The notes beneath the pieces are model-generated. The model saw only the letters and a program-made list of their open reading frames with translations, was not told the origin of the DNA and searched no databases. This document shows, in pieces, positions 9,718 through 21,111 of a stretch of DNA of 44,442 nucleotides. The stretch's first letter is position 1. The number at the start of each line of letters is the position of its first letter. The translations under genes were made by a program, and so were the position numbers. The stretch is from assembly GCA_003614675.1 (NCBI GenBank), contig ML002308.1:1-44442 (forward strand), read 5' to 3'. The stretch comes from Dimargaris cristalligena (Eukaryota).

Positions 9718-11772
9718 ATGTCCCAGTCTACCAATAACCCGGTTGATACGCTTCCCGCCGCAGTGGCCGATGCCGTATTGGTCAAATCGGAGGCCATGCC
9801 CGACTCGGCCACGGTCATTAAAGGCTACGACTTTAACCAAGGAGTGAATTACTCGGCCCTATTCGAGACCTACCTTCGTACCGGCTTCCAGGCGACGCAT
9901 TTGGGCCGGGCCATTGAAATTATCAACAAAATGGTAAGTATAGCTTAGTGAGGGGGTTCCCTAGACGCTTCGGTGCCCCGGATATAAACATTGAGGCAAC
10001 CAGTGATTTATTCATAACCATAGGTAGATTACTTGTTTGGTTTCTTTGAAAGAGGGAGGGGGGGCAGTAGTACTTTGCAAAGGGTATATGATTCGGGAAC
10101 TCATTGAAAATATATCTTGTATATGCGGGATGGAAATCCTATTTATAGCGGGCGTGGCGTCTCTCCGATGACCCCATCGGTCCCAACGATACCGAAGACG
10201 ACCGTGATCCCGCCTTCCGCGCGGCCACCAAGTGCAAGATCTTCCTGGGTTTCACGTCCAACCTCATCTCCTCGGGCCTTCGCGAAACCTTCCGCTATTT
10301 GCTGCAGCATCACATGGTGGACTGTGTCGTTACCACCGCCGGCGGCATTGAAGAGGACTTCATCAAATGCCTCGGCCCGACCTACTCCGGCTCTTTTTCC
10401 CTCCCCGGGGCGGAACTGCGCCGCAAGGGTTTGAACCGCATCGGTAACTTGCTGGTGCCTAACGATAACTACTGCAAATTCGAGGACTGGGTCATTCCCA
10501 TTTTAGACCAGATGCTGGAGGAACAAAAGACCCAGGGCACCATTTGGTCGCCCTCCAAGATCATTCACCGCCTGGGCAAGGAAATCAATAATGAAGATTC
10601 GGTTTACTACTGGGCATATAAGGTACTTCCCGTTTTTATTATATAGATCCTTTCCCAATGCTAGCTTAGTTCCGTTCTAAGCAGTGTGGCTGTTATTTTC
10701 GCCGAATATAGAAGCGACAATATCACTATGTAATCAATTGGAATCCGCTGGACCCTCCAATTAGGTTTTCCTTGGGACACAACTAACGTTTCTCTTATCC
10801 ATACGCATCTTTACCTACCATCCCCTGCCTATATAATCGATTAGAACAACATCCCTGTCTATTGTCCGGCCATCACCGATGGTTCCCTAGGAGATATGAT
10901 TTACTTCCACACATACCGGAACCCTGGCTTAATCATCGATTTGGTATCGGATATTCGCGCTATGAATAACGAAGCCGTCTTTGCCAAAAAGACTGGTGTC
11001 ATCATTCTCGGTGGTGGGGTGGTTAAGCACCACATCAGCAATGCCAACTTGATGGTAGGTATACCGTAATGGTTTATATATATATATATATATATAGCAA
11101 TCTAAGCCCATCGACTTGGTCGGCATTTTTTTATATATCTCCATATCACCTATTCGTTTGTAGGATTGCAGTAGAGGGATGGTTTGGCGGCATCTTATTA
11201 GCTCTACCACCAACTATTGTACAGCTTGACATGGCTTTGTTTTGGACCCCACCAACCTGGATATATGGTCATGGGGGGACCCTGCCGACTGATTGGGACA
11301 TTGTAATATTTAACTAATCTGTACTTATTTGTGTCTAATTATTCCTACAGCGAAATGGATCCGACTACGCAGTTTTCATCAACACTGCCCAAGAATTCGA
11401 TGGGAGTGATGCGGGGGCGCGGCCGGATGAGGCCGTCTCTTGGGGCAAAATCAAAACATCGGCCGAGACAATCAAGGTAGGAAATTACTGATATATGGTG
11501 GCTATTCTTATTGCCAAACTTCGCCCGGTGTTCAAGTTGGTACCAGCTCATTTTGGTTGATCAGTAAACATGATTTATTGTGGGCCCCAGGGGGGGGACA
11601 GATACTGGGCTATACGCGTTACTCATACCCCCGATTCTATAATTGGATTATATTTTTATATATTTCCTTCTTATTCTCACCACCCTAGGTCTATGCCGAA
11701 GCCACGCTGGTATTCCCCATCCTAGTAGCCGAAACCTTCGCAAAGGACGGCCCAAAAGGACCCGTAGTCTAG
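9718..11772 (+). CDS. DYS1: Deoxyhypusine synthase, 369 aa, 5 exons (9718-9933, 10149-10622, 10845-11054, 11351-11476, 11689-11772)
   Basis: Motifs [78 protein letters not shown] (catalytic Lys). All four introns are GT-AG, phase 0. Confidence 0.97.
11076..11096. repeat. (TA)n microsatellite in DYS1 intron 3; similar tracts at about 14249-14262, 15882-15903 and 39707-39727
   Basis: Read directly from the sequence. Confidence 0.9.
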
Positions 11773-12068
11773 AAAGTTTATCCTGCATCGTTATAATGTG
11801 AATAATAGCTATTTTATGATGATTTTTCACAGAAATACTTTTCGGTTTTAAATGTGGCTTTGTTCGACTGATGAACCAAATAAAGAACAGTATAATATGA
11901 GAAAAGGAGCAGTGCCCCGGGCTAAAATGTAACAACCGTGCCTTATGAGTTTTGGGTCATTTGCTACGGAGTAGGAGGGAAGTTCATTTAGGCCAACATT
12001 ACGCCCAAGTGCCGGCAGGATGGAGGGGGGGAGTCGGCAACCAAATAAGGATTTGCCTGTAATGGAGT

Positions 12069-12913
12069 TTACCGACGACGGGCCTTGGTATCCAGTAACT
12101 CTTTGGCCTCGTTAATCTTACTGGCGAGATACGGCGAACCGCCCCGATCAGGGTGGTTTAACAACATAATGCGGCGATGGGCTTCCTTGAGTTTATCCTT
12201 GGTAAGGCCCGTTTCTCTACAGTTGGGAAGGGTAGGATAATGGCGGGGGAAAAGGGAGGGGGGTTAAAACACAGTGAACTATTGTCGTTAAGGTAAAACG
12301 ATGGAAGTTTTAAAAAAACAAGGTCATCTTCATGGTTATTCTTGAGTAGTCTAGGAGTATAGGAACATAAAATAGATAGATTCAGGTAAGGTGCAAATGG
12401 CCCTTACGCTGTATAGCATAGCACAAGGCATAGGTCAACTAAACCATAGTAACGTATATCATGTCGGGTAACTTACTTCAGTCCTAGTATAAGAGAGGCC
12501 TCCCGGTTGTTCATTTTGGAGTCGAAGCCACCTTTGTAGTACTTGGAAGCAGCGGCCCCACCGAATTTAAGGAAGTTGGGGTTGCTGCGGCGTGCGGCTG
12601 TGAAGGCCATGCGACCAACTGCAGCAGCGGTAAGGACGCCAATACCGATGGTTAGTGGGGTAGCCTAGAGGGGAGAACAAAAGGAGGGTGAATAGTTGAG
12701 TAGGTGTTCATTTTGCCAAGCCGAGGGAAGATTCAACCAAAAGCCAGAAACATAATATAAATCCGGGTTAGAATCATTTACAAGTCCCTCCTCCTCCCAT
12801 TCCAGCTTAATGTTATTGAGAGACTCGCTGATAGAGGAGGTAATTCAGAGGGCCTTCAAGAGCATTTAAGGGATATGGAGTCGACATTAACCGCGCAATC
12901 GATAGCTTACCAT
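12069..12913 (-). CDS. PAM18: Mitochondrial import motor J-protein Pam18/Tim14, 112 aa, 3 exons (12913-12911, 12664-12477, 12216-12069)
   Basis: Spliced translation [22 protein letters not shown]...[22 protein letters not shown]...[34 protein letters not shown] (HPD motif). Not present in the ORF track. Confidence 0.95.
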
Positions 12914-13740
12914 TGAGATGTTTTTGGTTGGAATGGACTGGCAGTGGTCTCCCTAGTGGTTTAATTAGAAGCGGGGACTTTCAGGTGGGCTGCGACTTGG
13001 ACAGCGGGCTCGCGAGTAAAGAAAGAAAGAAAACTAATGGATGAATGGGGGTAATACCGTTAGAAAAGAGCGATTGTAAAGGAACGAAGAATGCTTTGCT
13101 TCAGTAGGATTCTATTCTCCAATCGGACTAAAAATCTGGCGGTGGCTCATTTGGTGGTTTTCACTCTCTAATGTACTCCAATTGTCTTATCTAGGAGGTG
13201 GTCCAGCGTCGTAAGCCATCTGGTCCATCCCAATGGCCTGTAACATAGTCAAATTCCCCGACGAATAGGGATGAGGGTAGTTTAGCATAGTCAGCCAATG
13301 CAGCTGCAGGTGACTATCACAATCACGTGCCCTCCAGCCATTAGATTTCATAGCAGTCGAATACTGCGGTGGGTACTAAGGGGAGGGGCTCTTGTGAAGC
13401 CCCCCCTACTTGTTTAAAGTGATACTGCTCCATATTTAATGAAGAGGGGGGGAGAGGTACGATTCGCCTACCTATCCTAGCGTATACCAGCTAGTGAGGG
13501 ACTACTATGGAACCCCTCCGTTATCTCCGGCTAAGAGAGACTTAATACCCATTTATAAGAGAGGGGCTCCAACACTACCATCTATCTTTAATGTTGATAA
13601 CTACTAGGTCGATTTATTCTACAAGTGATCAATGGGGATGCATAATGCTGGACAATATAAACTAAAGAAGAGATGGGCGGTAGATGCGCTGTGTTGGCAT
13701 GGATGTGATGCTGGCTATAGTCCATAGGGGACCGACTACT

Positions 13741-14007
13741 TTAAGCGGTAGGCAAAGTGTCGGTAGCCTTCGCCTTCTTTCCGGTAATTTTCTCCTTGGC
13801 CCAACCGTATACTGGGGAAGCTAACTGCAAAGCGGTAGTAGCCACGCCTAGCGCACCCCACAGACGCCTCTGGGGTCTTACCACGGTAGGAGTAACCACC
13901 GAATTGGAAGCAGTTGGAGGATGGGGCAAAGTAGTGTCCATGGCGTGGACGGTAATGGCAAGCACGATGGCAACAAAGAAGAGGAAGAGTCGGGCCGAAA
14001 ATAACAT
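13741..14007 (-). CDS. Small secreted pre-pro-peptide, 88 aa; candidate amphipathic cationic (lytic/antimicrobial) peptide precursor
   Basis: Signal peptide MLFSARLFLFFVAIVLAITVHA, Pro/Thr-rich pro-region, dibasic RR at residues 47-48, then LWGALGVATTALQLASPVYGWAKEKITGKK. A (TA)n TATA-like tract lies about 240 bp upstream (14249-14262). Confidence 0.7.
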   Translation of the reverse strand: MLFSARLFLFFVAIVLAITVHAMDTTLPHPPTASNSVVTPTVVRPQRRLWGALGVATTALQLASPVYGWAKEKITGKKAKATDTLPTA

Positions 14008-15649
14008 GATGGGGCGATTGGGACTGGGCTTGGTGGTTTATTGGGGGACTAAGGAGGGGAAGGGGAGGCCAACGCCAACGATGTAAGGCGGGGGTGATAA
14101 CGAAGACCACTGGGGGTGGTAAAGTACCGGGAAATTGTGTGGACCGATGGAGTCACTTAAGCAAAACGGGTCAAGAGTCGAATGAAGTCGATATGTAAAT
14201 GATGAAAGAATAGATCGTTGTGTATTTCCAGAAGCTGGAGGCATGCAGTATATATATATATACAAAATACATGCCCAGCTCCGACCCAACTAGCGGCGCC
14301 ATTCGTAGTGGCCGAAAATTCCTTCCCTAGCCGACCGGTTCCTTTGTCCCGAGGCTCCGTTGTTTAGACCCGTAAAGCCAATCGACGGCCACGCCTGCTT
14401 CCCATATGTCGCTTTGTTTTTTTACTTCCGCCCGCTTCTATAAACGTACCGTTGTTAAAGAATCTCTACCCAGAGTCGATTGGACTAGGCGCCCAAAAGA
14501 TTTGCAGTTACCATTGTTGAAGCCTTCTCGTCCGAACCTTCTCTGCTCTGTGACTTTCACCCAGCCCATTTCCAAGGTAGAGGATAATGGTAAGGGGGAG
14601 GGGCTATATTTTTACCCGCAGAAACCCGGACCACGTCGAGACCTAGATAACCTAGACTTGGCCCCATCCTAATGCCTTTTCGGTAGGCTGATCCTTGGCG
14701 AGACTACCCCCTGTTCTATCGCTCGTACACACGCCTGCTCGATGAAAATCTCACCCGCATAACGAAGCGGCCCAGAGGTCTGGGAGCCATCCCCAATTTC
14801 CACCTGATACTTGTCGGTATTTCGCCATGTCAAACGCGTGTTCGTCTCTCTCTCCCCCCACCTAGCCATTTGAAACACTATGAATTAGGAAGAAGAAGGA
14901 ATGGCCGATAGTCAATCGAGATGAGAATGTATTGGATTTTTTATTGTGCTAACTGACACCGATATAAAGATATACAAAAGCAACACAGGGAATATATGAG
15001 CATTCTAATTGAGGGTCGGTTTACCAAATATATGAATTCATTACAATTGACATCCATCCTAGTTTAGTCGTGGTAATGTCCTCCTCACAAACGAGCCCCA
15101 GGGGAAACTAGCTATCCGGACAAATGATTACCCTGTAGAAACCCGCCAAAGTAATAAAATCGACTAAACAATTACGGCAATACTGTCATCACAAAGGAAT
15201 CCACTGCCGTGACGGCGGAACCTGCGAAGATCAAATCTGTCGACCAGGGCGATAAAAGCTTCGCTAGATCAGCACCATTCATTGGGAGGCGGACAAAGGT
15301 GTTTAAACGCAGACAAACCACCCCGAACTTTACCAAAAAAATCGGCCTAGTCACCTCCCACCCACCCATTCCCTTCATCTCGGTTAATCGTATACGCAGG
15401 CGTGTCTCTCAAAACCATAAAGGCCGCAATCACCTTGATTGAGTATCATAATTTACCCCTATTTTGAACCTCCATGTGAGCGGATTACCGCACTTGGATC
15501 TACTATGTGGTATCGTGTAGCCCCCGGGTGTGCTTATCAGATTTAGTAAGTCTGTCTGGCTCGATTTTTAATTCAATAGAAGGACCTGTATTTATAAACT
15601 ACTATGATGAAGCAGTGTGATTATATCTAAGCTGTATATAAAAGGTAGA

Positions 15650-16664
15650 TTATGGCTTGGGTTCGGACGAACCCGTTATTGATGGCACCTCTTCTGCAGG
15701 CGGCGGGCTATCTTGGAAATTGGACATCAGGTTTGACCACTCCTGGTCAATATCTTTGGTAGGGGTCTGTTCCATTTCCTGGGTTGCCTTGGACTTTAGA
15801 CCCCGCAAGTTATCGCGGGAAAAGTTCGTGAGCCAAAGAGAAAATTCCCGAATCTGGCGGGATTCATCGATAAGTGCAGTGATATATATATATATATATA
15901 TATGTCGGGATGGGCAAACCAAATTAAATGGTGTTTAGGTGAGCGACGGTACACATTGCTTTGACTAGCTCATGTACACTACGTCGACCGGCTCCTCCGT
16001 TTCGGGATAATACTTTAACCGAAAAGGGATGCAGTTGGTTAATAGGACCAGAGATCGGAAAGAACAATGTAAAACAACAGTCCGGGCATATCACTTACAT
16101 TGCTCGTTCCTGTGAGAGCGCCCGCCCCAAAGACGACTAATCCGGCAGCGGAGAATGTCATCGCCGTGGCGTAGCCAAGTGATTTGAGGGCCATTTTACG
16201 GGCGTCCTTGTGCACGGCGGATTGGCTCATACGGGCCAGTACTTTAGGGTGTTGAGTGAAGCCAGTAGCTGAAGGAATTTAAATATAGTAGAGTATAGAT
16301 GATAATCAGGTTGTGGGGTACGACATGGTTGGTTAGGTCCGGTTTGGAACTAGTGGGCTTTTCGGGGTGAGTAAGACCATCGTCCAAGGCACCACGGCAG
16401 CCTAACCAATGACCACCCCGTTGAAAAGAGAATGGATAGGTAGGTGGGAGGTGACCAGAGTATCAGAGTAATGACCAATATAACTACGACACGACTCCTT
16501 TAAAGGCAATGCGACTTACACTTTTTGCGAGTTAGCCATAGTGAACCAAACAACCCCACGGCAAAGGCCCCACCGGCCAGAGCCATCATTTGGACCGTTG
16601 ACATCTCTGGCTCCTGGTCACTACCGCCACTACCTTTTCCAGTCTCGGTCTTGGAGGCTGGCAT
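15650..16664 (-). CDS. Small two-TM membrane protein, TMEM242/DUF1358 (Aim11-like) type, 172 aa, 3 exons (16664-16520, 16268-16099, 15853-15650)
   Basis: GTAAGT donors at 16519 and 16098 and CAG acceptors keep the frame. Hydrophobic segments ALAGGAFAVGLFGSLWL and MALKSLGYATAMTFSAAGLVVFGAGALTGTSNIREF resemble the family pattern. Family assignment is from memory. Confidence 0.7.
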
Positions 16665-17825
16665 AGTATACAATCGTCGGGTAAAATAGGGGGTTGACCA
16701 CTAAAGCGAAACTGACTTGGTGGGATCCACAAGTGAAAGAGTACTGGGCTAGGGAATGGTTAGGAAATGCACTAGACTGCCCGGGCGACTTGAAAGGGAA
16801 GTTTGTAAAAAGTAAGTAAATATGGCTAATGGAGAATGGGGCTATTATAAAATAGGTAGGACCAGGAATCGCGCGGCTCCTGCCATTTGGGGTGCGTGCA
16901 ACTTATTTTTATAGAGATAGGGGGGTGGTGTATGGGGTTAGGACTCTACACTAGGGGGGGAGAGTATCGATAGACAAGGAATGGACAGTGCCTTCTTTCA
17001 TTCAAGGCGAGCTGGAGGCAGTTTCACTATGCGGCCGTATAGTCCAAACCAAGTTATATGGCTGTCAATTGTAACTGTAAGCGAAATTGGTATTCCTATT
17101 GACACTCTACTTCATGTAAGGTTTATCTCTCCCCCACTACCCTCACATACTCTCTGCTACATAAGTTTGGATGAGGCAAGCCTTTTTATTTTCAACTCTT
17201 GCATATCAGGGTCGGACATGCCTACTACTATGTATGTCGAGCAGTCACTACTAGAGGAAATATCAGTGCAGTGTGCCAAACATACCTCCTTCAAAGACAT
17301 GTTCCGCATACTAGCCACTCCTTTGGTTTCGTGAACTTGTCCAACTTAGCGGGTCAAATACAATACGACCAACATACTCGGGAAATCGAAAGTGCGAATC
17401 TGATTATAGGGTGAAATCGACGAATTAAACGCTTAAATAATTTGTATCAAGCGAGTAATGGTATCGGCGGCTCAGGGTCCCTCTCAACTAAGATCCAGAC
17501 CAACATGCACAATGGTGTTTCTCTGTTCTTCTTTTCATGGCCTTTTAGAATCACACCATTCGGCCGTTCTGGAAAATACCTAACCGGTTATATTGATTTG
17601 GAATAGTCGATATTCAAATTAAGAATGGCATGGCCGGAACCCTGCTAAAAGGAAAATGATATGGCAAGACAAACTAACTTAAATAATACACATATCCACA
17701 CTAATCGGGGCTCGTTAAGCCACACGCGCGGTTTTTATTGCTGAAGGGTAGGTGGGAAGAGGGGGGTGGAAGCGTTAATGGGGGAGGTAAAAGGTACAAC
17801 GGAAACCGAAGTGGAAATGATGCAC

Positions 17826-18995
17826 TTAGAAACGGAGCTTGGTGAAGAACCATCTGTTCTTGCCGGCAGTGTAGCTGGATGGAGGGACATTGGGGTAGGT
17901 GGGGGTGGATACAGAGTTGTATAATAGTTGTTAGCAGGTGAATAGGAGTAACACATAGAGCCGTATACAACCGATCTAGTACAGACAAATAGTACAATTC
18001 GACTAATTACACTATTTATACAGAGAACGGTGATATTCACTATTGAATAAATTCCACAAAACCAGAAGTTGGTTTATCACTACACCGATTCCTTTCCAAG
18101 TACCAACTGGATCAGTCAATAACTAGTACCAAAACGCCAATTAAAAATAAAACCCGGGTCCGACAATTCAGGGCAGGAATACACACAAAACCTCTCGCCG
18201 ACTACTTACCGTTTTTCGAAAGAAGCCTTCAGGGACTTCTTGGCGGCCTGCTTCTGGGAGGGGTCCTTGAGCTTGGTGGCATCCACGGAGTCCTTGAGGT
18301 CCTCGAGCTCCAAACCGTAACGAGTGGGCATCAAGTGGTTGTAGTTGACGGCCTGGATGAAGGGCTTGACGTGGGAGCGGAGGGCGACCTTCTTGGCGGA
18401 CATGCGCTTGGTCACCTTTCGGGGGTAACGTTCGATACCGGCCACGATGGCGTGGGGGTAGGGGCGCTCCTTGGTGCCCTCGTCGACGTTCTTGATGACG
18501 ACAGCCTTCTTACCGGCCTGACGGCCTTGGAGGACAATGACGACCTGGGGAATGGGTAGATTAGGGGAAGAAGGGAGAAAAGGGATGGGCAGGGTAGGTG
18601 AGTTTAGGGACGTTCGGGTGATTCGAATGTGACCTGAATCGGTAACGGGTGGGTGGACACAGGAACCGACAGGCACGCAGTCTGGCCATCTATCTCTCTA
18701 TCCATCCATCCATTAGTTCATTGGTCCATTATGATTATCTGTATGCGCGCGTTATCATCCGGTAACCGACGAAGTCAACACGGATGGGCAATATAGACCC
18801 ATCCATCCGTCCGTACGTTCAAGGTATCCGTTAGGGGAGATGGTATTGTGAGTTCGATAGGTAGGTCGTTCGTTCGTTTGGTTGTACGGTCGGTCGGTCA
18901 GTCGGACGCGGGATCATTCGGTGACGGGTCGATGATGGCAGCATGTAAATAGTCGAGGGACACCTTACCTTTCCGGGTTTGATGAACTTGACCAT
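17826..18995 (-). CDS. RPL27: 60S ribosomal protein L27 (eL27), 136 aa, 3 exons (18995-18969, 18544-18210, 17874-17826)
   Basis: MVKFIKPGK|VVIVLQGRQAGKKAVVIKNVDEGTKERPYPHAIVAGIERYPRKVTKRM...VNYNHLMPTRY...FEKR|YTAGKNRWFFTKLRF*. Confidence 0.98.
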
Positions 18996-21111
18996 TGTGA
19001 TGCGTGGCTAGTGAAATTGAAGGATAGACAGCAAATCGATCCAACGGCAAGCGCTTTAATGGAATAAGAGGAGAAAAGGGGGAACACCACAGGCCCGCCC
19101 CGTATTCTTTGTCTTATACATCCCACTCTACTTTTTGCCTACCCAAATGTGGTTGGTGGTGGCGGGGGAGGGTCGTCTATTTAATTTTCCCAGATACTCG
19201 TCCGTTTACCTTATCCACTCATGTCTTAGGATTTCTCCCACCACTCTATAGGAAGTCTAGGTAACACGCCTATGCTTAACCAGTAAATGTAAAAGAGTGG
19301 TTCTATTTGGTAAAAGCGGCTCCCAAAGTGCGTTTATAGTGGGCATTCCAGTTTTCACTCGACACAATGACTACCCTTGATTGAATTAGGTCGTACCAGT
19401 AGAAGCAATTCCCAGCGTAGCTTCGTTTATCTGTTCTATGCAATATACCTTGCCGGTACTTATGTGAATGCCTCAACATCGTACCCGACGGTCCACTATA
19501 GGATTATGCTACCTTGGCCTCGTGTAGCGGCAGTGCTCATGGGTGAGCCTTCTAAGGTTCCCTTTTTCCTACCACCATTGGGACTAGCATTCGCCAAACC
19601 CTCTTAAAAACCAGGGTGACTTTAATTCGTCCGTGAATATGTGGTTCGAGCTGGACAACACGTCGGGACTAGCTCGGAACTGGTGGCAAGACCTGGTCTT
19701 TAACTACAGTGTATGGGGTTGATCCTAAATTGGGTATATATAATATCCTAAGTTTCTGTAATCGTATGGTGGGTGAGCAGTAATTTCTTGACTTTTGACC
19801 ACATTCGCAAAAATTACCAGTATAGCCAAAGCGTAGTAAAACCAGAATTGTTCTAGATAACAACCATAGTCTCTAAAAGAGCGGTTATGTTGGATTGCCG
19901 TATGCTAGTGTATGCCAAGCCAAATGGTATACAAGGGGTATATTCGAAGTTGACAGATTGGGTTACCAACTCTTCCCAATCATTTTAAAAAACGACATAG
20001 GTAGCGAGTGAGCTCGTGGCAATTAGGTGGCATTTTAGCTGCCATGTCTACTCTCACATTCTGTTTGTTGATCTCTTGACCGTCAATATATATGAATACT
20101 GGTATTAACAGTGCCTGACCCTATTTAAATCACCAATCCCGGCTGTTTCGTTGAATGCCGAGCAATCGATAGCCGGTATTGTATTTAAATCGGCCTGGGA
20201 ATAGGAGGAGACTTGTGAATGATTTTTTACTGCTGGCTCGCATAGTGTATGTGGATATATTTCTGCCACTTTACAACAGTAGTGATGTGTACCATGGTCA
20301 TCGTAAACAGTGCGGGGTAATAGCTTCTCGCCGATATACCCGTCATTCCCAGGTGGTTAATTGGGGGTTGTGGTCAAATTGATTAATTATGAGTTATTTG
20401 TTTAGTTGGTTTTACCAAACATGCGTCAATCATTCCCATTGCGTCCCATATACGTGGATCATCAGAAGCTGGTGTTGTTCGCAACTACTTTATATGGCCT
20501 ATATCCTTTCGTATAAGGAGGTGCGATCAAGAATGGGCCTCTAAGTACTCGGTTCGCTTCTTATTTCCTCAATGTATTGTCAGGCCAGGTGCTTTAGAGG
20601 CCTAAGTTATCACCTATACCCCAATCTAATTTGGGGAAGATCCAGCCTGTCTAAATGGGATAGGTTTACAATGTGTCTAGTAGGGCTATTTTTAGCCACA
20701 CGCCGGCTTGGGCATGGAATCTATCGAGAAACAATAGGAGGGTTTTTCCTTTGAGGAGACTATGTATTGCCCGCCTATTTAAAACGTTTCATATGGGCCA
20801 TTCACTCGCCTGGCCAATGGGAGGCATCCGCTGCTAGCACTCCTTTCCTCTTCTCTTCTCTCGTCTTGGCTTCGCTCTCCCCGTCCTTACCCCACTCCCC
20901 CGCCTTCGGCTCCTTCTCCGCTCCCCTGCACACCGATTCCGCTAGTTTGATGCACCCCCCCGCAGTGATTCACATTGTCCCGCTGCTTGTGATCCTTTTA
21001 AGTAGTTTAGTAACTGACCTAAATCTTTACCTTTAGTACCGTGTTTGTCCTCTTACCCTTTCAGTAGCCGCACTACATTTCACCCCCTTTTTCTACACCC
21101 TTTTGTCCACC

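Noticed and set aside
17875-18968. Intronic box C/D snoRNAs in RPL27 (and RPL10) introns
   Set aside because: Only imperfect C-box-like words were seen, with no properly placed CTGA D box or terminal stem. An Infernal scan is needed.
19600-19670. tRNA-like GGTTCGA motif
   Set aside because: No acceptor, D or anticodon stems could be folded around it.
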